A DNA stretch of 64,000 nt from an uncultured Thermococci archaeon (GCA_964549615.1 CAZJVP010000020.1:64001-128000); one strand, 5' to 3'. Numbered from the stretch's first letter, positions 29,314 through 39,718 are shown. Made by a program: numbers and translations. The notes: generated by a model from the letters alone, not told the origin.

Positions 29314-29989
29314 TTCATCCTCCTCTCTCCTTTCGAGTAGGCGCGCAGAGGCTTGTCGGCCTTCTCTTAAAGGTTGCGTCACCCAGTTCAGTTCACCGTC
29401 TAATCCAACCCGATTCAACCAGATGGACCCCTGGCCTGCGATGTCCCCGGATAAAGGACGGATGGCTAGAAACCCTAGTAGACCAAGAGACGCTGTCGAG
29501 GGGCCGCAGGGGCAAGAACGCCCTTGAAGGATTCGGTCGAGCCTTTTAGCCAGCACATCCGTACGTCCGAGAAGCTGCTCCCGCGGAATCAACCTTGAGG
29601 CCCGCCCGAGCAGGGATCACCCCAACATCGAGGTGGGATCGACTCGGCAGGCCCCGCAGATGTTCGGTAAACCCACATATGCCACACTTTGCAAGAGGAG
29701 CTATCGGTGGCTCAGCCCGAGGAGACACCGGCTTCCAACCCGCGACCGGGTGTATCGAATGGGTGGATGGGATTTCGGGTATCTCTTCTTCCCCGGAGGA
29801 GACAAAGGACTCCGGCCTCTCCAATCGCTTTGTCCGAAGCCCTGTGCATCAACGTGCCGTCCCGAACTTAATCGCCTGCTGGAGGTCATCCGGATCGGGA
29901 AAACGGAAGAGTGTAAACACGTCCCTTCGCCTGACAGCGAGCCCCAGCGGGGAACACTTAAGAGGCCTCGAAGGGCCCGAGCGAACCAC

Positions 29990-31207
29990 ATGAAGGCTCT
30001 GGCATCTGCATTCGGGATCGGTCTCGTAATCCTCGCATCCCTCGGGTGCATCCCGGCCCGGCAGGATCCAGCAACCGGGAAGGTACGCCTTCTCTACATC
30101 GGGGATTACGTTGGCCCCAACACCCCGGCCCGCTTCCTGGACGAGGAGCCGCTCATATCCGTGAGGGGGGTGCCGGCCACCCTTGCTTGGTACCAGGAGA
30201 CGTTCATCCGGAAATTCATGAGAATCTACATGCCGCGAACCTACGAGGACCTGTCGGGCAATAACGATGTCATCCTCTTCAGCGACGCGGGGGTGCGGAT
30301 GTTCGAGGCCAGACACTTCGCTTGGTTCAAGGATGCCGTTGTGAATGATGGACTGGGCATGGCGATGATAGGGGGCGTGGAGAGCTTCGGCGCCGAGCCC
30401 GGTAGGCCGCCCTGGATTGGCACGACCGTCGCCGAAATACTTCCCGTTGAGGGCGTGTTCCAGAGCTTCAACCCGGCGACCGGCACGGTGGCAATCCTCA
30501 AGCCGGACAACGAGTTCATCGCAAGCCTTCCCTGGGATACGTTGGTTCCCCCGATGAACACGTTCCTGAGGTTCAACGATCTGATCCTGAAGGAAGGCGC
30601 CGATGAACTGGCCGCGCTGATGGTTGGGAAGGAGAGCCATCCCTTCCTGGTCACCTGGCTGCAGGGAAAGGGACGGACGTTCGCCATGGGGGCCGACTGG
30701 ACGCCCACCGGCGGGGTCAACTTCATGAAGTGGGAATACTACGGAGACTACGCAAGCAACCTAGTGCTCTACACGGCGCAGACAAAGGTGCCGTCTGAAC
30801 ATGGGCTCAGACACGCATACAAGACGCTTGCGATGAAGTACCGGGACGGCAAGGTCCTCTTGATGGCGACGCTGGACTTCGTGGAGAAGTTCAACGCAAA
30901 CACGCGCTCCCTCGTCATCGACATAAACGCAAACGAGCTGCAGAAGAAGGAGGCCGAGAAGCTGTACATCGAGCAGGACTTCGAGGCAGCCGTGTCCAAG
31001 ATGAGCGAGGTCATCCAGCGAAACGACGAGCTCACGATCGAATCGTTGAAGCTGAGGGACAGGGCACTCCTCTGGGTCTACGTCATCGAGTACCTGGTCG
31101 TGACCGCCACCTGCCTCATCACGGGGACATTGGTTTACACCTTGATGATCAGACGCAGGCTCTACCGCGAAGTCGAGATGACGAGGGGCAAGGGAAGAAG
31201 GCTTTGA
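29990..31207 (+). CDS. Family A copy 3: membrane-anchored GATase1-like surface protein
   Basis: Start at ATG 29990 (MKALASAF signal), ARQDPATGKVRLLYIGD, RIYMPRT, GLGMAMIGGVESFG, DWTPTGG, DFVEKFNANT, LLWVYVIEYL. Confidence 0.85.
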   Translation: MKALASAFGIGLVILASLGCIPARQDPATGKVRLLYIGDYVGPNTPARFLDEEPLISVRGVPATLAWYQETFIRKFMRIYMPRTYEDLSGNNDVILFSDAGVRMFEARHFAWFKDAVVNDGLGMAMIGGVESFGAEPGRPPWIGTTVAEILPVEGVFQSFNPATGTVAILKPDNEFIASLPWDTLVPPMNTFLRFNDLILKEGADELAALMVGKESHPFLVTWLQGKGRTFAMGADWTPTGGVNFMKWEYYGDYASNLVLYTAQTKVPSEHGLRHAYKTLAMKYRDGKVLLMATLDFVEKFNANTRSLVIDINANELQKKEAEKLYIEQDFEAAVSKMSEVIQRNDELTIESLKLRDRALLWVYVIEYLVVTATCLITGTLVYTLMIRRRLYREVEMTRGKGRRL

Positions 31208-32697
31208 AGAGCGCGAGCCGCTACGCTTTCATGGTCTTCATCCAGTTGCTGGCAGCGCACGCCAGCGGCGGGGCATCGGCCGACTCGCCCTACGGCGTGG
31301 TTCACGGAGATCGCACCTCCTTCCTGGTGGAGGGCGGCTTCAGCTGGACAAGGGTGGACTTCAACTGGAACGCCATTGAACCCCAGAATGGCACCTTTAC
31401 GTTCGAGCAATACGACAGTTTCGTTGAGAACTGCACGCGCGCTGGCATACACGTCTTGGCCATACTGGACTACTCCGCCAACTGGGCATCGTCCGGCCCA
31501 CCCGACTGGAAGGACATAGACCGGTTCCCGCCCAAGTACATGAGCGACTGGGAGGAATACGTCTTCCAGACCGTCAGCCACTTCAAGGACCGCGTCAAGC
31601 ACTGGGAGGTCTGGAACGAGCCCAACATTCGGTACTTCTGGTTTCCAAAGGCCGACGCGAAGGAGTATTACCGGCTGCTAAAGTCCGCCTACGCCGCTGC
31701 AAAGAGGGCCGACCCGGAGTGCACTGTTTTGATCGGAGGGATCATAGGATTCGACGTGCGATACCTCCGTGAGGTATACGAGCTGGGCGGAGCGAGGTTC
31801 TTCGACGTCATGGCAATCCACCCCTACTCGGCCGAGCCCTACGACAGATGCAACTTCAGCGGCAACATGTCGGCGCTCAGATCGCTCATGGCCGAGTACG
31901 GGGACTCGAAGAAAGAGATCTGGTTTACGGAGCTCAGCTGGACGGTCTCGCAAAACCTCTCGAAGGATGACCAGGCAGCCTACCTCATCCGCTCGTACGT
32001 CCTGTCCTTCGCGGAGGGCGCGGACAAGTTGTTCTGGTTCAACCTTAACGCGGCCCCGCCACCGGAGGAGAGCTCCGGGCTGATCGAGCACGATCTCACA
32101 CCAAGGCCGGCCTTCTGGGCCCATAAGGCCCTAGCCGATATCGTAGGACCGGCAGAATACCGGTGTAGGGTCAAGCTTGGCACGGGAATCCATGCCCACC
32201 TTTTCCACCGGGAGGGAACGTACGTCATGGTCCTCTGGGCCCCCAACGAGACCGCCGAAGTCAGACTCAGAATGGCATCGAGGAGTTCCAGCCCCCGCCT
32301 CTGGGACATGTTCGGCAAGGCGATTCAGCCATCCATCAAGGGACGGTTCATTTCGCTTGAAGCGTCACCACACCCGATCTTCATCTCGAATCTGAGCGAG
32401 GACGATGTTCAAGCACTGCTGGCCCGACGGGGTTGGATTCCGTTTGTGAGCTTGGCCGCGCTGGTCGCCGCGGTCGGATGCTCGATGGCATACCTTTGGG
32501 TGCGGCGACGCCGTGGCCCAGCTCCTACGCAGCGGGCCGATGGGGAGAAGCCGCCAACCAGGTCCGCGACGAAGTTCGGAGATGTGCCGGCCGAATGCCA
32601 AAAGGCTTTCAAGGACACGGTCTGCCTCAAGTGTAGGCACTACGTGATCCAGGGAGGAACTGGACGTTGCAGGAAGTTCGGCATAAGGTTGGACTAG
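31204..32697 (+). CDS. Clan GH-A glycoside hydrolase (GH39/GH5-like) with TM anchor and cytoplasmic Cys4 tail
   Basis: Signal peptide, acid/base WEVWNEPN, AIHPY, nucleophile IWFTE, TM, then CQKAFKDTVCLKCRHYVIQGGTGRCRKF. Confidence 0.85.
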   Translation: MKSASRYAFMVFIQLLAAHASGGASADSPYGVVHGDRTSFLVEGGFSWTRVDFNWNAIEPQNGTFTFEQYDSFVENCTRAGIHVLAILDYSANWASSGPPDWKDIDRFPPKYMSDWEEYVFQTVSHFKDRVKHWEVWNEPNIRYFWFPKADAKEYYRLLKSAYAAAKRADPECTVLIGGIIGFDVRYLREVYELGGARFFDVMAIHPYSAEPYDRCNFSGNMSALRSLMAEYGDSKKEIWFTELSWTVSQNLSKDDQAAYLIRSYVLSFAEGADKLFWFNLNAAPPPEESSGLIEHDLTPRPAFWAHKALADIVGPAEYRCRVKLGTGIHAHLFHREGTYVMVLWAPNETAEVRLRMASRSSSPRLWDMFGKAIQPSIKGRFISLEASPHPIFISNLSEDDVQALLARRGWIPFVSLAALVAAVGCSMAYLWVRRRRGPAPTQRADGEKPPTRSATKFGDVPAECQKAFKDTVCLKCRHYVIQGGTGRCRKFGIRLD

Positions 32698-33899
32698 CCC
32701 TCCTTGCCTGCGCAGCCATCACGATGGGATTCTTGGCCCCGGCTTCAGCCGCCCGCCACGACCCCCAGACCGGGCGTATCAGGATACTCTTCATCGGCCA
32801 GCTCGTCGGCGCGGTGAACCTCTTCACCTCTTGGTACACGATCGAGCCGAGGATGACCGTTCAACCGGTTCCCTGCTCGCTCCAGCAAGTGTTGTTGACG
32901 GAGGCCAAACGCCTCGTCCGCCTTTACGTTCCACGCACCTACCAGGAGATGGTTGGGAAGTACGACTGCGTCGTGGTCCAGGACCTAGGCCCCGACGTCC
33001 TCTCACCCAATTTCCTACCAGACTTCCGGAGAGCCATCGAAGAGGAGGGCCTGGGCGCAGTCCTCGCGGAGTTCGTGTACTGGGTTGGAAACGGCAACAG
33101 GATAGACCTCTGGATGGCCTCGACCTTCTATGATATCGTGCCTGCAGACATACTGTTCGGGATCGAGATCCCACAAGGCCAGAACTCCTTCTACAAGCTG
33201 GTTGGAAATAACCCCATCCTGCAGCTGCCCCAGATCGAGAAGTACCAGATGAACGGCGGCCACCACGGGCCCATGATAGCCCGCCAGGGCAGCGAGGTCC
33301 TGGCCATCTGGAGGGGCCTCGAGTACCCGGCGGTGACCTTCAGGAATTCGGGACGCGGCGCGCTCATCCAGATAGGACACGGATTTGACAATATCCCATC
33401 ATCCACCTTGTACGACTGGACATACTCCCAGGACTACGCCTACAACCTCGTCTACGGCGCGACCCAGGAGGAGATCCCCAAGGATCTTGAGTTGGTGAGG
33501 AAGGCGAGGTCGCTCTTCACCTCGGCCGCTGAGAAGAAGTCCCTGGTCTTCGCGATCCTGGAGTTCGCCGAGAGGTTTGGGGCCAACACCCACCCGATAA
33601 CGAGGGAGATCGGAAATCTGGCGGAGAGGTACGCTGAGGGCAACTCCCACTACATCGACGGAGACTACGAACAGGCTGCCGCGGTCTACGAGGAGATCAT
33701 CGAAGAGTATGACAGGCTTGAGGCCAAAGCGCTCGCGCTGAAGGACAGGGCGCTTCTCTGGGTCTACACGATTGAGTGGCTCTCCGTGTCAGGCACCTCG
33801 ATGCTCTCGGGGTTTGTCCTTTACTCGCTCATGGTGAGGCGAAAGATGTTCCGGGCAGTTGATTCCACCAGGACGGCCTCCAAACGGAGATCGACATAG
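32667..33899 (+). CDS. Family A copy 4: membrane-anchored GATase1-like surface protein (divergent)
   Basis: ARHDPQTGRIRILFIG, RLYVPRTY, EFAERFGANT, LLWVYTIEWL..SLMVRRK. TTG start with GGAGG upstream. Confidence 0.85.
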   Translation: MQEVRHKVGLALLACAAITMGFLAPASAARHDPQTGRIRILFIGQLVGAVNLFTSWYTIEPRMTVQPVPCSLQQVLLTEAKRLVRLYVPRTYQEMVGKYDCVVVQDLGPDVLSPNFLPDFRRAIEEEGLGAVLAEFVYWVGNGNRIDLWMASTFYDIVPADILFGIEIPQGQNSFYKLVGNNPILQLPQIEKYQMNGGHHGPMIARQGSEVLAIWRGLEYPAVTFRNSGRGALIQIGHGFDNIPSSTLYDWTYSQDYAYNLVYGATQEEIPKDLELVRKARSLFTSAAEKKSLVFAILEFAERFGANTHPITREIGNLAERYAEGNSHYIDGDYEQAAAVYEEIIEEYDRLEAKALALKDRALLWVYTIEWLSVSGTSMLSGFVLYSLMVRRKMFRAVDSTRTASKRRST

Positions 33900-33949
33900 G
33901 CCCCTTGGGCGGGAAGGCTGGTCGGACGGCCGACCGAGCTTGAGACGCC

Positions 33950-34750
33950 CTAGGTTCCGCTTCCGGCGGCTCCCGCTCCCGAACGCCTCCAGCCCTTGAC
34001 GGATGCCAAGGCAAGGCTTGCGCCCGCGGTTATGAATGACGTGTCGCTGTCGACAGCGCAAAACCTGAAACCCATATCGATCGCGTCGTTTACGGTTTCC
34101 CGGGTGCAGTGCATGCCGGGCGCCACGCCATGCCTACGACAAGCCTCGACCACGTTCCTGAGGGTTTTCCGAAATTCCGCGTCCTTCCACGGCGGCGGAG
34201 GGCCGACCCCAAGGTTCATTGAGAGGTCCCAAGGACCTATGAAACAGGCATCGATGCCCTCAACGGCGAAGATCTCGTCCAAGTTGTTCAGGGCCTGACG
34301 AGTCTCGATCATTGCCGCGACGAGGATCTCGCGGTTGGCCGTACCGAGGTACTCGGGATCCCTCAGCATTGCCCTCCTTGGCCCAACGCCGCGGATGCCC
34401 TCCGGAGGGTATCTGCAGGACCTGACGGCGGCGAGCGCCTCTTCGGGGGTATTCACCATCGGCACGATGACTCCGAAGGCGCCGATGTCCAAGACCCGCT
34501 TGATGAGGACGGGATCGTTCCACCTGAGCCTCACCAGGGGCACGCAGTCCTTGGTGAAGCCCATGGCCTGCATCATCACCTGTACGGTCTCAAGGCTCAG
34601 CGGGCTGTGCTCAATGTCGAACGTAAGCCAGTCAAAGCCTAGGTCGGCCAGCCTCTCAGTCACATCCGGATGACCGATGGTAACCCAGGTGCCGATCGAG
34701 ACGTCACCGGCCTTGAGCTTGGCCTTCACGGGGTTTTTCATACGACGCAT
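33950..34750 (-). CDS. HpcH/HpaI class II aldolase
   Basis: GFDWLTFDIEH, RVLDIGAFGVIVPMV, RYPPEGIRG, MIET, FIGPWDLS. Confidence 0.92.
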   Translation of the reverse strand: MRRMKNPVKAKLKAGDVSIGTWVTIGHPDVTERLADLGFDWLTFDIEHSPLSLETVQVMMQAMGFTKDCVPLVRLRWNDPVLIKRVLDIGAFGVIVPMVNTPEEALAAVRSCRYPPEGIRGVGPRRAMLRDPEYLGTANREILVAAMIETRQALNNLDEIFAVEGIDACFIGPWDLSMNLGVGPPPPWKDAEFRKTLRNVVEACRRHGVAPGMHCTRETVNDAIDMGFRFCAVDSDTSFITAGASLALASVKGWRRSGAGAAGSGT

Positions 34751-35152
34751 GCCTCGACTATGACCGTTCTTGAAGGTTTCCCGTAAGTAGACATCTCGGG
34801 CATTGTGGGGCTCCGGCATGCGGCTTTCACCCGCCTCCTTGTAAAGCCGTCGTCTGACGATGAGAATCCGCAGGCTTACCTGGGGGGCCAATGGCTTGTC
34901 TGGTGCGACAGGTTTGCTGTGTCGTTCGAAAATCACTCCATCCCCCCGTTTTGGGTGTGTCGGTGGGCAAGCTGACCTACACAACGATCCGGTAGACGGT
35001 GCGATGCGAAGAAAAGGGTGGGATGACCAACAACGAGATCGCGGGAGCCTAAGAGATCAGCACAGGAAGACTCCAACAGCTGGGGGCCGCGGCGCGTTAG
35101 CATCGAACATTTATCTACAGCTCTCCGGGGTACGGGTCAGGGAGGCCACATC

Positions 35153-35815
35153 GTGGACAAGATACGAGTGCTCTGCTGGTCCGAGAGGACTGAACCCCCA
35201 AACGTCTATCCCAATGGCATCAACGGCGCAATCGCCGAGAGCCTCAACAGGCACAAGGATGTCTCGGCTAGGACTGCCTCGATATCAGATCCCGAGCAAG
35301 GATTGACGATGAACGCCCTCAGGGAGGCGGAGGTGCTCATCTGGTGGGGGCATGCGAAGCACGGGGAGGTCAGGGACGATCTGGTCGATCGCGTCGTCAA
35401 ACGCGTGAGGAACGACGGGATGGGCTTCATACCCGTCCACTCGGCCCACTACTCCAAACCTTTCAAGGTGCTCACCGGCATGCCATGCGACCTGGGCGGC
35501 TGGCGCGAGAAGGGCGAGTGGGAACGGATCAAGGTCATGGATCCCAACCACCCGATCGCGAGGGGCATCTCTGACTTCACCATCCCCCGCGATGAGATGT
35601 ACAAGGAGCCTTTCGGAATACCGGAGCCCGAGGCATTGGTCTTCCAGTCCACCTTCGAGGGCGGCGAGTGGTTCCGCTCGGGGGTTGCCTTCACCTTCGG
35701 GAAAGGCCGGGTCTTCTACTTCAGGCCCGGGCACGAAACGTTCCCGGTCATGATGGACAAGAACGTCCAGAAGGTCCTCTACAACGCAGTGCTCTGGGCT
35801 GCGCATAGGACATAG
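35153..35815 (+). CDS. Trehalose utilization ThuA-like protein
   Basis: VYPNGI..AIA, VLIWWGH..H, GMGFIPVHSAHYSKPF, EMYKEPF, FYFRPGHET. Confidence 0.9.
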   Translation: MDKIRVLCWSERTEPPNVYPNGINGAIAESLNRHKDVSARTASISDPEQGLTMNALREAEVLIWWGHAKHGEVRDDLVDRVVKRVRNDGMGFIPVHSAHYSKPFKVLTGMPCDLGGWREKGEWERIKVMDPNHPIARGISDFTIPRDEMYKEPFGIPEPEALVFQSTFEGGEWFRSGVAFTFGKGRVFYFRPGHETFPVMMDKNVQKVLYNAVLWAAHRT

Positions 35816-35835
35816 CGGGCAACGGGGGTTGGCAC

Positions 35836-36825
35836 ATGCTCAAGGTTGGCGTCATCGGGATGGGAGGCATCGGAAACACCCACGCCGACATGTACAGGCA
35901 AAATGAACGCGTCAAGTTGGTCGCCGTATGCGACCTCATTAAGGAAAGGGCGGACAAGGCAGCGGCCCGGCTCGGCGTGAAGGCATACTACAGCGCCCCG
36001 GAGATGCTCGATGCGGAGGAGCTTGACATAGTAAGCGTCGCGACCGCAGGAGTTGAGAACGGTTCCGACCACTTCGAGCCCACGATGCAAGCCTTGGACG
36101 CGGGCGTCCACGTGCTCTGCGAGAAGCCTCTATGCAACGACGTCGCCAAGGCCGAGATGATGGTCGAGAAAGCCAAGGAGAAGGGCCTTTGTCTGGGTAC
36201 CAACCTCAACCACAGGTTCGTGCCACCAGCGGCGAGGGCCAAGAAGTACATAGAAGACAAGGAGCTCGGCGAGCTTCTCTTCGTCAACATGGCCCTCTGG
36301 ATAGACAACCCCAACGAGTCCTCCCCCTATTTCCACCTTCGTGCCCTCCATCCGCACTCCATCGACGTGATGAGGTACTTCTGCGGGGACGTGACCAAGG
36401 TGCATGCATTCTTCACCCGGCCCTCTTACCGAAAGATCTGGTCCAACGCACAGATCAACATGCTGTTCGCCAACGGCTGCATCGGACACCTGACCGGTAG
36501 CTACGACATGTCGGGCAATCACCCGATCGAGAGATGCGAGGTGGCGGGAACCGAGGGCAGGTTCATCATCGAGAACGTATTTGAGAGCCTGACGTTCATG
36601 CCCAGGAGAAGGCCGGAAAGGATCGTGTACAAGAACAACATCTTCAGTGGCGTCGGAAGCTTCAGGGACACGTTCAAAAACCGCATCAACCGCTTCGTGG
36701 AACAGATAGCCTCAGGCTGCAAGCCAGAGGAGATAGAGGCCTCAGGGGCGGATGGATTGGCCGCCCAGCGCATAATCGAAGCTGCCATAAAGTCCCACGA
36801 GACCGGCAGGGTCGTCAAGCTCTAG
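35836..36825 (+). CDS. Gfo/Idh/MocA oxidoreductase
   Basis: GVIGMGGIG, HVLCEKP, HSID. Confidence 0.92.
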   Translation: MLKVGVIGMGGIGNTHADMYRQNERVKLVAVCDLIKERADKAAARLGVKAYYSAPEMLDAEELDIVSVATAGVENGSDHFEPTMQALDAGVHVLCEKPLCNDVAKAEMMVEKAKEKGLCLGTNLNHRFVPPAARAKKYIEDKELGELLFVNMALWIDNPNESSPYFHLRALHPHSIDVMRYFCGDVTKVHAFFTRPSYRKIWSNAQINMLFANGCIGHLTGSYDMSGNHPIERCEVAGTEGRFIIENVFESLTFMPRRRPERIVYKNNIFSGVGSFRDTFKNRINRFVEQIASGCKPEEIEASGADGLAAQRIIEAAIKSHETGRVVKL

Positions 36826-36840
36826 GCGAATAGTGGTCGC

Positions 36841-37698
36841 ATGCAAGACCTTACCGTCGCCGCGGTTCAGATGAACGCCGAGCTTGGACGAACGCAGCAA
36901 AACTTGCGCAAGGTGCGAGCTTGGACCGGCAAGGCCTCCAAATCGGGTGTGGATCTGGTGGTCTTCCCGGAGCTTGCAATAACCGGCCACTGGTGCAGCC
37001 CGGAATCCTGGAAAGCCTCGCAGGCCGTCCCGAACGGTCCCGCAGTCGTTGAGATCGAGGAACTGGCTAAGAAACACGATCTGCACATCTCCATCGGCAT
37101 CGCTGAGAGGGAGCACGGCGTGCAGTACAACAGCCAGATCCTTGTTGGGCCCCAAGGCTACATCGGGAAGCAGAGAAAGCTGCACATGTCAAGCGACGAG
37201 TATTTCTATTTCAGGGCTGGCGCCGAGATGCCCGTCTTCGACATCGGCAAGTGCAAGATCGGCACGGCGATATGCTACGATAACTTTTTCCCCGAGGTTC
37301 CCCGCATCCTAGCCCTGAAGGGTGCGGAGGTCGTGCTCAGCCGCCATGCGGCACGGTTCGGGAAGTGCAGGAAGAAAGGGCAGCGAAAGATCGTGGCGGA
37401 TCAAAAGAAGTTCTACCGAAAGGTCTACGCATCAAGAGCATACGACAACGGGGTTTTCTACGTCATCGTGAACCAGGCGGGGCGGGCGGGCGAGGATACT
37501 AGTCATGCCGGCGGCACCATGGTACTGGACCCCGAGGGGGAGGTCGTGGCGGAATCCAAAACAAAGGTCATCGAGGAGGAGATGGTGATCGCCGAGCTGA
37601 AGTCGTCCCTCTACGAGAAGAGACGCAGCTCAAGGTGCTTCAACCTCGTCACAAGAAGGCCCGAGATATACGGCGAGATCGCGCGTCCAGCAAGCTGA
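36841..37698 (+). CDS. Nitrilase/carbon-nitrogen hydrolase family protein
   Basis: VFPEL, QRKLH, ICYDNFFPE. Confidence 0.92.
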   Translation: MQDLTVAAVQMNAELGRTQQNLRKVRAWTGKASKSGVDLVVFPELAITGHWCSPESWKASQAVPNGPAVVEIEELAKKHDLHISIGIAEREHGVQYNSQILVGPQGYIGKQRKLHMSSDEYFYFRAGAEMPVFDIGKCKIGTAICYDNFFPEVPRILALKGAEVVLSRHAARFGKCRKKGQRKIVADQKKFYRKVYASRAYDNGVFYVIVNQAGRAGEDTSHAGGTMVLDPEGEVVAESKTKVIEEEMVIAELKSSLYEKRRSSRCFNLVTRRPEIYGEIARPAS

Positions 37699-37816
37699 TC
37701 TTTGAGGGGTTGGCGCGCGCGAGTGAAGCTTCGGGACAATTAACTCTCGGTAGGGCCCGTGGGGAGCTCCTCTCGCCGTCCGTGCCCGCCGCGCGCCTCG
37801 CTGATCCTGCAACCGT

Positions 37817-38518
37817 CTACGCGGCGGGGAATAGCATCACGGACAGGATTCCAGTTAGGAATATTCCATCAAAGGTGCCCGCCCCCCCAATGCTCACCAT
37901 GGGTGCTCCAAGACGGGATATCCTCCCAAGGTTCAGCAGATCGGCGCCGATCAGGACGCCTAAGACTCCTGATACGTATGCGATCCCCGCGACCTGATGG
38001 AACGGCAGACCTAGGATTCGTGTCACGACATAGGCCGAGGTTGCGGCGGACAACGGCGGGATGAGAACCGGGATAGAAATGCCGAAGCCGGGCACCGGCC
38101 TAGCCAACGAATGGCAAACGATGGTGACCATGATCGTCGCAGCCGCGAAGCCGGCGAGGGCGTTCGGAGCCATGACGAGAAGGAACAGGCAGATGGCTAC
38201 CGGTACGATGCACCCGCCCAGATTCACAGCTACCTTCGTTTCCTGGATGACCGTGTCAATGAACGGGACTGGATACAGGAAACCTAGAAAGGCCGGCCGC
38301 ATGGTGAGCGTCTGAACCCGCGAGGCCACCCTCGCGACAGGGATGTTGATCCAACTGCCGCCCAGCGAGATGAGAAGGGCCAGCATGGCATACTCTGGCG
38401 GGAGCCCGATTTGCCGAAAGGCGCTTCCGGCCACCCTGGTCACGATGAGGGCGAAAAGGAACATGGTCATGAGGAAGAGGAGCACCATGTATGGCGCTAT
38501 GACCGGCGGCGTTGCCAT
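37817..38518 (-). CDS. DUF1614 family membrane protein
   Basis: GSWINIP, AVNLGGCIVP, GVLIGADLLN, VSIGGAGTFDGIFLTG. The upstream part of the 540-aa ORF is antisense shadow; start approximate. Confidence 0.85.
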   Translation of the reverse strand: MATPPVIAPYMVLLFLMTMFLFALIVTRVAGSAFRQIGLPPEYAMLALLISLGGSWINIPVARVASRVQTLTMRPAFLGFLYPVPFIDTVIQETKVAVNLGGCIVPVAICLFLLVMAPNALAGFAAATIMVTIVCHSLARPVPGFGISIPVLIPPLSAATSAYVVTRILGLPFHQVAGIAYVSGVLGVLIGADLLNLGRISRLGAPMVSIGGAGTFDGIFLTGILSVMLFPAA

Positions 38519-38695
38519 CGCGAGCGACCTAGGCCCTCTTGCCCTCATCGTATCATCAGGCCGACCAGGTTTCATAATTGTTACTGAAGGCGCGGAGCCG
38601 TAGCTTCGAGGATTTGTGATCGCGATCCGGCTGGGACCTTCCAAGAGCCGATAACCTTTTTCATCCGACCTTGAGCGTCGAAAGATGGTGCTTAC

Positions 38696-39718
38696 ATGAA
38701 GGCTGCGGTTCTTCACGCGATCAATGACATCAGGTTCGAGGAAATCCCGACTCCGAAGATACGTGAGAACGAAGTCCTGCTCAGGGTCAAGGCATGCGGG
38801 CTGTGCGGAACGGACGTGCACTTCCTGCGCGGCGAATGGGCGGTGAGGATGCCCTTGGTCCCTGGCCATGAGTTCTCGGGCGAAATCGCCGAGGTCGGCA
38901 GGGAAGTGACCAACGTTTCGGTGGGAGACAGGGTCTCCATAGATCCCAACGTCGTTTGTGGAGTGTGCAAGAACTGCCGCAGGACCGAAAGGAACCATTT
39001 GTGCTCGAACATCAGGGCCATTGGGGTCGACGTCGATGGCGCATTCGCGGAGTTCGTGAAGGCGCCTCGGGAGGTCGTGTATCGCCTTCCACCGAACGTT
39101 GACTTTGAGACGGGCGCAATGACGGAGCCCGTGGGATGTTGCATCAGGGGATTCGACAACACCAGAGCTGCGCTGGGGGATACGGTCGTGGTGATCGGAG
39201 CAGGCCCGATAGGGCTGATCCTGCAGCAGATGGCTCTCCTGCAAGGTGCGGCGAAGGTCCTGACGATTGAGCCCGTGGAAGGCCGAAGGCGAATGGCAAA
39301 AAAGTTGGGCGCGCACCGAACCATAGACCCCGCCACGGAGGATGTGCCCATGATCGTTGCGGATGAAACCGAGGGGAACGGGCCTGAGGTCGTCTTCGAG
39401 GCCGTTGGCTCGCCCAAAACCATTTCGCTGGCGCTCCAACTTGCTGGAAGGGGCTCAAGGGTGAACCTCTTCGGCGTCGCACCACAGGCCTCAGAGGTCA
39501 CGATCAAGCCGTTCATGCTTTACGACAAGGAGCTCAAGATCTCCGCATCGTACAGGGACCCTTTTACCTTCGATAGAGCGATACAGCTCTTGGCCAACGG
39601 CAGGTTGGATGTCAAGTCGCTCATCACCCACAGGTTCCCCCTATCCAAGGTTGGCGAGGCCATGGAAACCTTCGAGACGAAGAAGGAGGAAGCCATAAAG
39701 ATAATGCTCCGACCCTGA
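38696..39718 (+). CDS. Zn-dependent (MDR) polyol/sugar alcohol dehydrogenase
   Basis: CGLCGTD, GHEFSG, CGVCKNC..C, GAGPIG. Confidence 0.93.
   Translation: MKAAVLHAINDIRFEEIPTPKIRENEVLLRVKACGLCGTDVHFLRGEWAVRMPLVPGHEFSGEIAEVGREVTNVSVGDRVSIDPNVVCGVCKNCRRTERNHLCSNIRAIGVDVDGAFAEFVKAPREVVYRLPPNVDFETGAMTEPVGCCIRGFDNTRAALGDTVVVIGAGPIGLILQQMALLQGAAKVLTIEPVEGRRRMAKKLGAHRTIDPATEDVPMIVADETEGNGPEVVFEAVGSPKTISLALQLAGRGSRVNLFGVAPQASEVTIKPFMLYDKELKISASYRDPFTFDRAIQLLANGRLDVKSLITHRFPLSKVGEAMETFETKKEEAIKIMLRP

Noticed and set aside
29314-29989. N-terminal extensions of the 990-aa and 524-aa ORFs
   Set aside because: Signal peptides and RBS/TATA elements point to starts at 29313 and 29990
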